Virus record (IMG/VR): IMGVR_UViG_3300020416_000002
DNA: 64,000 nt
DNA from: a virus
Strand: one strand, 5' to 3'
Shown here piece by piece: positions 46,303 through 55,938 of this stretch. The translations under genes were made by a program, and so were the position numbers. How positions within the stretch are numbered: position 1 is the first letter of the stretch; each line of letters starts with the position of its first letter. The notes under the pieces are model-generated. The model searched no databases and had not been told where the DNA came from. It was given only the letters and a program-made list of their open reading frames with translations.

Positions 46303-48583
46303 ACTCCGAGGCGTTGTTAAGTTCTTCTAATAAACTTGAGACTTTAGTCTCTTCAGGTTTGTCTTCAATTTCGTCAGTTTTATTGTCGTATGTATTCTGA
46401 TAATAAGATGTTTTCCAACCGTACTTATATGTAGTCAAAAGGTCTTGTGCCATTGCAGATACAGGAACCTCATTGTCTGGATAGTTTTCAGGGTTATAAC
46501 TCCAGTTCCCAGATATAGCTTGATCGAAGAACTTTTGCATTACTGCTACAACCTTAATGTACCCATCATTATTTTTCATATCCCATAACAATGTGTAGTG
46601 TTGTTTCAAAGATTGAAATGCTGGAACAATCTGCTTAAGCGGTCCTTTTTTACTCTTCTTAATGGACAGGTATCCTCTAGGTGGTTCAATTCCATTTGTG
46701 GCATTTGACACAACGGAACTGCTCTCCGAAGGCATCTGTGCGGACAGAGTGCTGTTCCTGAGTCCGTGCTCTTTGATAGAACTCCTAAGAGATTCCCAAT
46801 CATATTTCAACTCGTTAGGTACAATCTCATCAACATCACTCTTATATGTATCAATAGGAAGAATTCCATCAGCATACTTAGTCCTATCAAAATATCCACA
46901 CTTTCCTTGCTCTTTTGCCAGAGTATTTGATGCCTTAAGGAGATAGTATTGGAACGCCTCAGATAGGTCGTGAACCAACTCCCATGCCTTTGGATCATCA
47001 TATGATACATGATGCTTAGCAAGGTAATGTGCAAGACCAATATAACCAATTCCAAGAGACCTACGATTCTTAGTTCCAATCTCTGCTGCCTTGACAGGAT
47101 AACCTTGGAAATCAATCAACGCATCTAATCCACGAACAGATAGATCACATAGTTCTTCTAACTCACCACTAAGAGACCTAAGAGTTCCTACATTGATAGC
47201 AGACAGGATACACAATGCAATCTCACCATTAGGATCATCAATGTGTTGTAAAGGTTTAGTAGGTAAAGTAATTTCTTGACAAAGATTACTCATCTCCACC
47301 TTGTCCTTGAAGGAAGAATGTGAGTTGCAGTGATCTAAATTCATAATATAGATACGACCAGTCTCTGCTCTCTCCTTCAAAAGGTTTAAGAATAACTCTT
47401 GTCCTCCAATAGTCTTACGCGGAATCGATTGATCAGATTCGTAACTTGTATAGAGATCATCAAACGATTCAGTTCCAAAAGCAGGATACAAGTCTGGAAC
47501 ATCGTGAGGACTAAAGAGACTGATGTCTTTATTCGTGATGAAACGCTCGTAGAAGAGTTTGCTAATTTGGATACTGTAGTCCAACTTTCGGACACGATTA
47601 TCTTCTGTCCCTTTATTGTTCTTGAGTACAATGATATCATCTATTTCTTTATGCCAGATAGGAAAGTGGACAGTCGCTGACCCACCTCTGATCCCGTTTT
47701 GAGTGCAGCATCTGACAGTTGACTCAAACTTTTTGAGGAAGGGGACAACACCTGTGTGTTGAACTTCGCCACCCCTGATTTTACTGTTGATACCCCTGAT
47801 CCTACCTGCGTTGATACCGATACCAGCCCTTTGAGCAACATAGTAGCCAATAGCCATGTCACTGCTAAAGATAGAATCGAGGGTGTCATCAGAATCCACA
47901 AGAACACAGCTAGCATATTGTCTGATTGGAGTCCTGACTCCTGCCATGACTGGTGTTGGGATGTTGATTTTGTGTTTGCTGATTGCGTCATAGTATCTTT
48001 TTACATAGTCCAGTCTAGTTTCTGGAGGATATTCTGCAAACATTGTTGCAGCGATCATCATGTACATGAACTGTGGAGTTTCGTACACATCTCCAGTGCT
48101 TCTATCCTGTACAAGATATTTGTCAACGACCTGACGAAGACCTGCATATGTAAACAGGTAATCTCTCTCGTGATCAATATATGTATCTAGTAGATCAATC
48201 TCTTCGTCGTTATATTTCGTATGAAAATATGAATCATAAATTTTCATCCTTACACACTTGGTAGCGTGATCCCCAAGTGAAGGACTCTCATGCATCCTGC
48301 CCCACAATTGTTTCCTAAGGGAGAATAAGAGCAGTCTAGATGCCACATATTGATAGTTAGGAGACTCTAAATCAATAAGATCACTGGCACTTCTAATAAG
48401 AATTTCTTGGATTTCTTTAGTGCTGATACCATCGTAGAATTGCACTCCAGAATTAATTTCAACCTGAGATGCAGAGACACCTGCAAGATCTTTACATGCC
48501 TCCTCAACCATCTTGTGCATCTTCTGTAGATCTAATCTCTCAATGTGACCAGATCTTTTTTTGACATTAGTACCGTTGCTCAT
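46283..48583 (-). CDS. nrdA: Ribonucleotide reductase class Ia alpha subunit
   Basis: ATP cone, PTP, SNLCQEI, K..YY, C-terminal CDACAI. Confidence 0.98.
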   Translation of the reverse strand: MSNGTNVKKRSGHIERLDLQKMHKMVEEACKDLAGVSASQVEINSGVQFYDGISTKEIQEILIRSASDLIDLESPNYQYVASRLLLFSLRKQLWGRMHESPSLGDHATKCVRMKIYDSYFHTKYNDEEIDLLDTYIDHERDYLFTYAGLRQVVDKYLVQDRSTGDVYETPQFMYMMIAATMFAEYPPETRLDYVKRYYDAISKHKINIPTPVMAGVRTPIRQYASCVLVDSDDTLDSIFSSDMAIGYYVAQRAGIGINAGRIRGINSKIRGGEVQHTGVVPFLKKFESTVRCCTQNGIRGGSATVHFPIWHKEIDDIIVLKNNKGTEDNRVRKLDYSIQISKLFYERFITNKDISLFSPHDVPDLYPAFGTESFDDLYTSYESDQSIPRKTIGGQELFLNLLKERAETGRIYIMNLDHCNSHSSFKDKVEMSNLCQEITLPTKPLQHIDDPNGEIALCILSAINVGTLRSLSGELEELCDLSVRGLDALIDFQGYPVKAAEIGTKNRRSLGIGYIGLAHYLAKHHVSYDDPKAWELVHDLSEAFQYYLLKASNTLAKEQGKCGYFDRTKYADGILPIDTYKSDVDEIVPNELKYDWESLRSSIKEHGLRNSTLSAQMPSESSSVVSNATNGIEPPRGYLSIKKSKKGPLKQIVPAFQSLKQHYTLLWDMKNNDGYIKVVAVMQKFFDQAISGNWSYNPENYPDNEVPVSAMAQDLLTTYKYGWKTSYYQNTYDNKTDEIEDKPEETKVSSLLEELNNASECDACAI

Positions 48584-48584
48584 T

Positions 48585-49124
48585 TTAGTCTTGATTAATT
48601 ATTTTAAAGTTAAATGATATAGAAATTCTCTTATCATTTGATTGATGTCTCGTAACTGTGTGGTCTAACACTGCTGGAAACAATAAAAACATACCTTCTT
48701 TAGGAGGATATGGTATGCGTCTGGGATGATATTTATTATCAGAGGGAAGAAATACAATAGACCCAGATCCTTCAGGGACAGTTAGGTAAAACACACCTGA
48801 CACATCATATGGATAATGATTGTGTAGGTCTGTACTCATATTATGATGATGTATATGAACCCAGTGATCCACATGCTCTAGAACTAGTCCTGTAGCATGT
48901 TCAAACTCACTCTGTATTTCCTCAATCAACTCATCTACTATAGTAGATTTAGGACAATAAGTCTCGTCATCTGCAGATTCAAATTGTTCTGTCAGAGGAT
49001 CATAACCACCGACCTTTTTTGGAGTGTCTAACCACTCGTCTATAACTCTTTTAAGTTCAGTAAGATTAACTGAAGACATACCACTGTACACATCAGTCTG
49101 CGTAATAGTGGTTCTTGTCAGCAT
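48585..49124 (-). CDS. 2OG-Fe(II) oxygenase (TIGR02466-like)
   Basis: HNH, SGVFY, FP..L.H.V, RISISFN. Confidence 0.8.
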   Translation of the reverse strand: MLTRTTITQTDVYSGMSSVNLTELKRVIDEWLDTPKKVGGYDPLTEQFESADDETYCPKSTIVDELIEEIQSEFEHATGLVLEHVDHWVHIHHHNMSTDLHNHYPYDVSGVFYLTVPEGSGSIVFLPSDNKYHPRRIPYPPKEGMFLLFPAVLDHTVTRHQSNDKRISISFNFKIINQD

Positions 49125-49636
49125 AATGAGAAATTAAATGATAAAGAAATCCTATCATCAGTTGATAAGTTTCTTGTTACAGAATGCTCTAAGGTTGCTG
49201 GAAACATTAGAAAAGTGTTTTTTTCTGGTTGAAACTTCACCATATTTGGATGGTATTTGTTGTGATCAGGATAAAAACAAATATGTCCTGCACCATCAGG
49301 CACAGAGACATAGTATACGGAAGCAACATCAGCAGGGTAATGAGCATGACTATTAGTGCTCATGTTTGGTTTGTGGATCTGTGACCACTTACCCAATAGA
49401 TTGATCTTTATTCCTGTAAATCGATAAAAACTTTCTTTTAATTCTTCTACGATAGAATCTATCAAAGGAGAGTCAGGACAAAATGAATCCTCATAGAGAG
49501 AAGTTGCAGGGTCATCACCCAATCTATGATCAAAATGTTCTAAGAGTAAATCAGCAAGTCCATCTGTATTGATAGACGATCTACCTTTAAGAACATCGAT
49601 CCTAGAAATTGTATGTACCTCTAGATTTTCTTCCAT
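49118..49636 (-). CDS. 2OG-Fe(II) oxygenase (TIGR02466-like), tandem paralogue
   Basis: HAH, SVYY, FP..LEH.V, RISLSFN. Confidence 0.8.
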   Translation of the reverse strand: MEENLEVHTISRIDVLKGRSSINTDGLADLLLEHFDHRLGDDPATSLYEDSFCPDSPLIDSIVEELKESFYRFTGIKINLLGKWSQIHKPNMSTNSHAHYPADVASVYYVSVPDGAGHICFYPDHNKYHPNMVKFQPEKNTFLMFPATLEHSVTRNLSTDDRISLSFNFSLC

Positions 49637-50610
49637 TCTGTAAATTTTACTTTAGCTTTTAATCCAGAGTATGTATTAGATTCTAGCACATCCATAATAA
49701 GATGTCCACTCAACACCATATCATTAATGTCTTTCTCCCACATATCCTTAGGCCATATAACTACTTTGTCGCCTCTATCGATTGTGTTGGAGATTCTGTT
49801 CGCAATCTCTCTATTCCTCGGCTCGTTATCATAAACCCAAATAGGATCGCTAACACCCCACTGCCTAACATCACCGTCTGCACCGCACATAGCAATGCTA
49901 TTCTGTAGGAGCGAACTGTCGAACGGTCCTTCTGTAACGAAGACTGGAGAGTCTCTTCTGATGTTATCGAGTCCATAGATTTTTGGTGCATCATCATCTA
50001 ACATTATGGTAATATATTTTACCATACTAGGACCTAATGCTCTTCCTTGGAACCCTACAAGTTGCTTTTTGTAATATAAAGGTATGACAATACGAGGTTC
50101 ATCATCAGTAAAAGAATCAAATGTAGGTTTGTATGAGTTTACGAACTCACAAAACTTTTCTGCATAGTAAAACTTAGTAGGTTCTAATGCACGACGCTCT
50201 AGATAAGTTCGGCCTTGAACATTCTCAGAGCAAAGCGGAAGTTCTATCTTGGATTTAAATGATGGTTTTTCAAACTCAAACTTTGGTTGTTCTGCAGGGA
50301 AGTTCTTGCCAGTAAATCCATTCTTAAATTTTTCCATGATGTATTTACCATGGAGAACTCCGTCTAACTGTTTGAGAAAATTATTAAATGACATTGAGGA
50401 ACCACAGTTGTGACACTTAAAGTTAGTATTTGTTTTGACCGCATAAAAATATCCTCTTGCCTTATTCTTGTGCTTTTTTGAGTCACCACAAATAGGACAT
50501 CTAAAATTGTATAGATTATCTTTGACTCTTTTAAACTTGTCTAGACGAGATGATAGAAGAGTAATATATTTTGAATCAATTAGATCCATTAATGGTGGTT
50601 TGCTGTCCAC
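49621..50610 (-). CDS. 61: DNA primase (T4 gp61)
   Basis: RCPICGDS, CHNC, QGRAL, EGPFDS, DNEPRN, KDIND. Confidence 0.96.
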   Translation of the reverse strand: MDSKPPLMDLIDSKYITLLSSRLDKFKRVKDNLYNFRCPICGDSKKHKNKARGYFYAVKTNTNFKCHNCGSSMSFNNFLKQLDGVLHGKYIMEKFKNGFTGKNFPAEQPKFEFEKPSFKSKIELPLCSENVQGRTYLERRALEPTKFYYAEKFCEFVNSYKPTFDSFTDDEPRIVIPLYYKKQLVGFQGRALGPSMVKYITIMLDDDAPKIYGLDNIRRDSPVFVTEGPFDSSLLQNSIAMCGADGDVRQWGVSDPIWVYDNEPRNREIANRISNTIDRGDKVVIWPKDMWEKDINDMVLSGHLIMDVLESNTYSGLKAKVKFTEWKKI

Positions 50611-50962
50611 CTATTGTACTTGTTCCTACCAAAGATGTCAAGATCCTAGATCCGATTGGACTGACAATGCATGATATCACTACCAATCCACCTGCTATAG
50701 ACCACATCTTTTTCTCCATCATCCTAAGTCTCTCATCAATTTTTCTTATGTCTCTCTCACATCCTTTCTTAATATCATTAGTCTCTCTCTTCATACTAGC
50801 GTGTAAATTATCTACCTTCTCGAACAATACTTCATCAACCTTGTCCTGTTTGTCTAGTTTTTCATTATGAACAGCAAGAAGTTGCCCCATCTTAACAGAA
50901 TTTTCCTGTAAAGACTCGACAACTTTTTCTAATCTTTCAATTATAGCAGTGTTTACATCCAT
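50576..50962 (-). CDS. Coiled-coil protein with C-terminal TM helix
   Basis: LAVHNEK...R...MEK..W plus hydrophobic tail. Confidence 0.7.
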   Translation of the reverse strand: MDVNTAIIERLEKVVESLQENSVKMGQLLAVHNEKLDKQDKVDEVLFEKVDNLHASMKRETNDIKKGCERDIRKIDERLRMMEKKMWSIAGGLVVISCIVSPIGSRILTSLVGTSTIGGQQTTINGSN

Positions 50963-51132
50963 CTTTTTCTAGATCCAGTACCACCACTGGCATATCTTTT
51001 TTTAGGTTTTTTCTTTAAAGGTTTATCATATCCTGCAACAGGACCACTAGCGTTAGCGTTACCACCAAAACCACCACTAGCACCAACAGCATTGGCGACC
51101 ATTTCTTCGGTGAATTGACGGAAGGATTTCAT
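50953..51132 (-). CDS. Small late protein
   Basis: MKSFRQFTEE...GPVAGYD. Confidence 0.65.
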   Translation of the reverse strand: MKSFRQFTEEMVANAVGASGGFGGNANASGPVAGYDKPLKKKPKKRYASGGTGSRKRWM

Positions 51133-51500
51133 AGTTGCCGCAATTGGGTTAAACAAAAATCATCATCTATAACTCTATTTAGGTCTGTAGAAGGGTATTC
51201 TGGAACTCTACCTAGGTATGTTAGGAAACTCTTAGTACAAGACCAAAGATCTTTATCTAATTTAAAATACAGAAGGGGAACTCCTGCATCACCAAAAACA
51301 TTAAAAAGAACAATGAAATGATTGAGGATTAAGTGTGTCCTCAACTCTCCAGTGTTCCTGTATCTTTTCAACAATCTTTTTATATATTTAATTCGCTTTA
51401 AGTCATCATAAAAATCATCCTCAGTTACTGCCTGAGGATTATCATAATTTTTAATAGCAAATAATAGATAATTGTTGTCGTTCAGTTCATCAAATCGCAT
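51129..51500 (-). CDS. Conserved T4-like hypothetical protein
   Basis: A.K.YDNP, F..DLKR.KYIKRL, LILNH...LFNVFG. Confidence 0.8.
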   Translation of the reverse strand: MRFDELNDNNYLLFAIKNYDNPQAVTEDDFYDDLKRIKYIKRLLKRYRNTGELRTHLILNHFIVLFNVFGDAGVPLLYFKLDKDLWSCTKSFLTYLGRVPEYPSTDLNRVIDDDFCLTQLRQL

Positions 51501-51511
51501 GTCATAAAGGT

Positions 51512-52015
51512 TTATTCGTCGGTAGGATATGGAAGACTACCAGTTGTAATACCACTCATTGCAACAAGTGTTTCTTTCTTCACTCTTAGATTACCGTGCA
51601 TGTCCATATAAGTTGTAACACCAACCCATCCTGCATGGTCAAGATCATAGGCCGTACCACCATGATCTGCCGTAGCAGTACCGTACACAAGTGCATCAGC
51701 GTCAGATCTTCCTTCCTGATATACACTATCAAGAACAGAACTCTTCGGCAAAGTAGTTACAAAATATGATGTTGTTGCAATACTAGTTGCACTTAAACCA
51801 TCTGTTGTATCGATGGTCAATACTCGGTCGCTAGTAATACCTGTAATTACTGCTGCACCGTAGTGAGTTCCGACACCGCCTCTAGCACCCACTCGGATTA
51901 CTTGACCGACTTCAACATCGGTAGTGAAGGTAGTACCTGTACCAGTAACGGTAGTACCGTCTACGGCAATAGTACCGAATGTCGTAATATTATCATTAGA
52001 ACCCCAGAGAGCCAT
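51512..52015 (-). CDS. Virion structural protein (MALWG type)
   Basis: MALWG start, GTGT.F, HAGWVG, R.K.ETLVAM; late TATAAATA at 52050-52057. Confidence 0.7.
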   Translation of the reverse strand: MALWGSNDNITTFGTIAVDGTTVTGTGTTFTTDVEVGQVIRVGARGGVGTHYGAAVITGITSDRVLTIDTTDGLSATSIATTSYFVTTLPKSSVLDSVYQEGRSDADALVYGTATADHGGTAYDLDHAGWVGVTTYMDMHGNLRVKKETLVAMSGITTGSLPYPTDE

Positions 52016-52060
52016 GTGTCTTACCCAAAGTACGATTTATTTCTAAGATTATTTATAATC

Positions 52061-52252
52061 TCAAGACTCTAGCAGTGCTTTTTCTAAAGCGTCAACTAGT
52101 TTGTCATCAACATTATTGCCTGATTTAGCAGCAGCTTTCTTAAGGAGTCCGATAAGAAATACTTTTAATTTCTCTTCCAAATCCTCAGGAATAGCGTCTA
52201 CCGCCTTGTTAATAATATCAATAGCGATAGGAAGTAAAAATTTAGTGATCAT
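52061..52252 (-). CDS. Small hypothetical protein
   Basis: 63-aa amphipathic ORF with N..DD motif. Confidence 0.65.
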   Translation of the reverse strand: MITKFLLPIAIDIINKAVDAIPEDLEEKLKVFLIGLLKKAAAKSGNNVDDKLVDALEKALLES

Positions 52253-52285
52253 GATTAATTTGCAAATGCTATTCTATATAGTCAA

Positions 52286-52543
52286 TTAATCTGGAGTAAA
52301 TTTTCCTTTTTTAAAATGTCCCCATTTTCCACCACTAGTTCCTCTCATACCCTTTGACCTTCTATCCTTAGCAGACTGTGCATCAGACATAAACTTTTTA
52401 AATTTTTTCTTCTTTGCTTCTTTATGTTTTGTCTCTGCTCTCTTAAGAAGTTCTTGTTTTAGATTAGACTCCTCTAAAGGACACTCTTCCATACCATGAA
52501 CCTCACATTTTTGACCCTTCTTATTATGAGAACACTTCTTCAT
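52286..52543 (-). CDS. Basic hypothetical protein
   Basis: C.H...G..C.VHG..EC motif. Confidence 0.65.
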   Translation of the reverse strand: MKKCSHNKKGQKCEVHGMEECPLEESNLKQELLKRAETKHKEAKKKKFKKFMSDAQSAKDRRSKGMRGTSGGKWGHFKKGKFTPD

Positions 52544-53200
52544 GATCCCAATCCACCATGTTTGTTAGGATTTTTATAATTTTTCTCACCACCATATCTT
52601 GCTACAGTGTTAGCATAGTCTTGAGTAGATTTAAATCCTGCCTTCTTTGCTCTGTCTGCAAACGCTCTCTTGTCTTTTACTGCAGAAATTTTTCTTTGTA
52701 GTTTATCATTTCTCTCGTTAGGATTCTTCTTACCCTTAACTTTTTTCTGCTGTCCTACAGGTCTACCAGTTTCTTTACGAATTTTATTTCTAACAAAGTT
52801 GAGTGCTTTGTCTGTGCTACCACCTTTTTTGACAGGACTACCTTTAGGTTTGTTCAAAGAACCTGTATTTTTTCCAGTCTCTTTAGCATAACGATTCAAT
52901 TCATGCAAAGGATCTGGCAACATAAGGTCGGTAACTTCGTATGCTACATCTCCATTTGCCTTGTAAAGATATAACTTATCGTTTTCCTCTATGGTAAGAG
53001 TATCAGACTCGTTTACTGTCTTGTTCTCTTTCTCCTTTTCTTTTTTATCTCTAAAGTCCTGTCTAATTTTTCTACTAGTTTCTATACCTTGAATTACTCC
53101 CTCACTTACTCCTGCGTTCCTTAATCTTTTTGCTTGACTCTTGTGCATGTCAACTGCTTTATCAAGTTCTTTAGCAATTCCCTTGACATTATTTACGGAT
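52540..53200 (-). CDS. Basic late protein; probable -1 frameshift extension of 53193-54101
   Basis: Frame open upstream of Met 53148 back to the A10 run (KSVNNVKGIAKELDKAVDM). Confidence 0.65.
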
Positions 53201-54101
53201 TTTTTTTTTCAGCCGACTCCTCTTCTTTAACACAATTAGGAACTTCTCTACCATTCTTTTTCTTTGTGCCCTTTGCTTTGTACCCGTCCCAACATGTAGA
53301 TGCACCTACATTCTTACGAGCTTGTTTCATTCCTTCACCAAATACTCTAGCAATACCTTCTTCCTTCATCTGTAGGTATTGACTAAATGCACCAGCAGGA
53401 GTTTTTGATCCCCTTTCAATTTGCTTTGCTTTACCCTCAATACCTTTTTTGAGGAATTTTTTTCCTGCGTTTGCAGCACCCTTAATGGTGTCCATGACCA
53501 CATTTTCTTCCATGTGGTCTGCTGCCTTGTACAAAGGTTTGCCGTCCTTACCCTTCATACCTTTCTTATAGTTTTGATATGCAGGTGTGTTACCTTTTTT
53601 GTCAGCATTAGTTACTGTATATGATTCACTTCTAGTATCTTGACCATCAGGTTTGCCACCTTTCTTACGCTGAATAGCATTGTGTACTACACCAGCATGC
53701 TCTTTTGATCCAGTCTCAATTTTACCATCACCATCATAATCTTTCTTTGCTTTCTTTTCCTCAAGATACTTATTATTATACATCTGATAAATCATACCAA
53801 CAATAGATGACTCATTCATGTCAGGATTAATCTTGACTGTATTCTTTACCTTCTTCTCAGTAATCTCTTTTTGTTTTTCATCAGAGGTAGTTGCATGATC
53901 TGATTTGTGCATCTTCACCTTCTCTTGCAGAGTCTCTTCAATAGTCTCTCTCAACTCTCTATCTTCTTTTAATTTAGCAGCGAGTTTTTCTTTACGAGAG
54001 AGTTCTACCTCCTCCGTAACCTCTTCCTCGTAACCAATAAAAGTGTTTTTCATGCTCTGTAAAAGAACATTTTCAACTGATTCTAAAATAGACTTTGACA
54101 T
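53193..54101 (-). CDS. Charged late protein, probable internal head/core protein
   Basis: Lys/Glu-rich modules (DYDGDGK.E, CWDGYK..GTK.K.G..VPNCV); late TATAAATA at 54133-54140; ends in A10 run. Confidence 0.75.
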   Translation of the reverse strand: MSKSILESVENVLLQSMKNTFIGYEEEVTEEVELSRKEKLAAKLKEDRELRETIEETLQEKVKMHKSDHATTSDEKQKEITEKKVKNTVKINPDMNESSIVGMIYQMYNNKYLEEKKAKKDYDGDGKIETGSKEHAGVVHNAIQRKKGGKPDGQDTRSESYTVTNADKKGNTPAYQNYKKGMKGKDGKPLYKAADHMEENVVMDTIKGAANAGKKFLKKGIEGKAKQIERGSKTPAGAFSQYLQMKEEGIARVFGEGMKQARKNVGASTCWDGYKAKGTKKKNGREVPNCVKEEESAEKKNP

Positions 54102-54121
54102 CTGACCGAAGGTAGCAATTA

Positions 54122-55327
54122 TTATCTTTTATTATTTATAAACGACTTAACCTTCTCCATTGGAGTTAACTTCTGTACATACTCTCTATAGGAGTCAGTG
54201 CCCACCTCTCTTTTAGATGCAACAACACCAGAGGGAACCTTTGCTTCCATGATATCACTGATCCAACTCTTATACATGATACCTTCATTAGTAACTGCTA
54301 TGACATAGTTTGTACCCTTTCTAAGTACTCTACCAATCAATCCAGTATTGAGGTTCTCTACTAAAGATCCAATGTTAAATATAGTTCCCGCAATAAAATT
54401 TTCTCTTAAGGTTGTAAAATCAAACTTAGGAGCAATCCTCCATAGTTCAATACCTTCTTTAGTAGTAACTGCCTTTTTACCGATAGATTTTTGAACTGTA
54501 TTGAATAGTTCTTGTGCTACTTTTCCTTTAGCAGCTTTAGGAAGACCTGCTTTGAATCCTTCAAAGTCACCGTCTGCTGCTAGAGATCGAAGTTTGGAAG
54601 CAGACATACCCTCTGCCCCTTCAGCATCGGGATCCCTGTCCCCTGCTGATATGACATTAATCGCATCAAAATTATAGAGTTGCCCGTTGTATTTGTTGGC
54701 AAGACCCTCAAACTCTTTTTGTCTATCACTGCCAACCACGAGATTAATGGCTGAGTACCCTGCTGTGTCTGCATTTTTTAAAGCATCAATAATTGTACGA
54801 ATAGATTGATCATACACTATATTACTGCTATGGTCAGGAAAAAGTTTCTTCATGAACAGAACTTTTTCTTCTGCACCAATAGGATTCTTTTCATTATCCT
54901 GAGAATGAGATGGGTAAATTGTATACTCTCCCTCCTCAGCAGTGTCTTTAATTTTAGTTAAAAGTTTTTCGTGACCAAGCGTCGGCGGGTTAAACCTACC
55001 AAAACCAAGAGTAAGCGTTCCTCTAGTTTTTTCCACCTCTTCTGGTTCTTCAGCATCGGGCATCTCTTTAGATGCTGCACCTGCCTCAGACGGAGGAGGA
55101 TTTTCTGGTATAGACCCTCTTGCTGCAGAACCTGGCTTGAGTGGATCTGTTTCTGCTGCTGGTTTGCGTCCACTATTAAATACAAGTTCTCCTTCTACGG
55201 TTCGTCCGACTATACGACCGTTACCATCTACCCATGATCCATGTCCATCACCTGTCAAACCAAGTTTCTTGGCTTGTTTAGCAGCGTTGGAGGAAGCTTC
55301 GATTAAAAATTTAGAAAATGATTTCAT
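54122..55327 (-). CDS. Cytidylyltransferase-family (HxGH) nucleotidyltransferase
   Basis: FGRFNPPTLGH, VVGSDR, SAG.RDPD, MSASKLR; MKSFSKFLIE N-terminus. Confidence 0.85.
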   Translation of the reverse strand: MKSFSKFLIEASSNAAKQAKKLGLTGDGHGSWVDGNGRIVGRTVEGELVFNSGRKPAAETDPLKPGSAARGSIPENPPPSEAGAASKEMPDAEEPEEVEKTRGTLTLGFGRFNPPTLGHEKLLTKIKDTAEEGEYTIYPSHSQDNEKNPIGAEEKVLFMKKLFPDHSSNIVYDQSIRTIIDALKNADTAGYSAINLVVGSDRQKEFEGLANKYNGQLYNFDAINVISAGDRDPDAEGAEGMSASKLRSLAADGDFEGFKAGLPKAAKGKVAQELFNTVQKSIGKKAVTTKEGIELWRIAPKFDFTTLRENFIAGTIFNIGSLVENLNTGLIGRVLRKGTNYVIAVTNEGIMYKSWISDIMEAKVPSGVVASKREVGTDSYREYVQKLTPMEKVKSFINNKR

Positions 55328-55329
55328 TA

Positions 55330-55938
55330 TCACCCGAATACTCTACGAGTAGAACCCTTGATGATATTTATATTAAACGCAAGGGTAATGCGATACTCAT
55401 CTGAATAGTTTGCGGTTACCATGTGTCTCAACCATGAGGGAAATATCAATATATCTCCTTCTTTTACATCAGGTAACCAATGTTGTTGTCTAAAATCTGG
55501 TGTTCTATCTGGACTTCCTAGATCATTATACTGATAGGAAAATAAAGAGTACAAAGGATTGACAAATTTTGTCGCGTCATGTTCAGGATCTAATTTAATG
55601 TAGTGACACGCAGAATAAAAACCAGGCAAATGATCATGCTCTTCTTGGTTATCACCTTTGCCATAAAAATTTAACCACGATTCAAATACATCACACCTAT
55701 GATCTAAATCTATATCCTGTGAGAACTGATTCATAATACCATCATAAAAATGCTTATATTTGTTCTTACCACAGGCACGAAACTCTGTTTTCAATGAGCA
55801 ATCCCAACCATCAGGTTTCTCATTGACAGGAATACCTATACATTCTTCAAATTTTTTCTCTGCAATTTTGCGAAGTTCAGTAGGATCCAGATAATAACGA
55901 AACATCGGAACCCCAAAAATTAATTTGTGATTCATCAA
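55330..55938 (-). CDS. 2OG-Fe(II) oxygenase (TIGR02466-like)
   Basis: QE.HDH, EGD..IFPSWL.H.V, RITLAFN. Confidence 0.82.
   Translation of the reverse strand: MMNHKLIFGVPMFRYYLDPTELRKIAEKKFEECIGIPVNEKPDGWDCSLKTEFRACGKNKYKHFYDGIMNQFSQDIDLDHRCDVFESWLNFYGKGDNQEEHDHLPGFYSACHYIKLDPEHDATKFVNPLYSLFSYQYNDLGSPDRTPDFRQQHWLPDVKEGDILIFPSWLRHMVTANYSDEYRITLAFNINIIKGSTRRVFG

Noticed and set aside
45118-48583. Introns or inteins in nrdA/nrdB
   Set aside because: Both ORFs are continuous and of normal class Ia length.
53150-53190. H-type pseudoknot downstream of the slippery site
   Set aside because: Alternative pairings exist but would need a 1-nt loop across a 7-bp stem; a simple stem-loop is more plausible.
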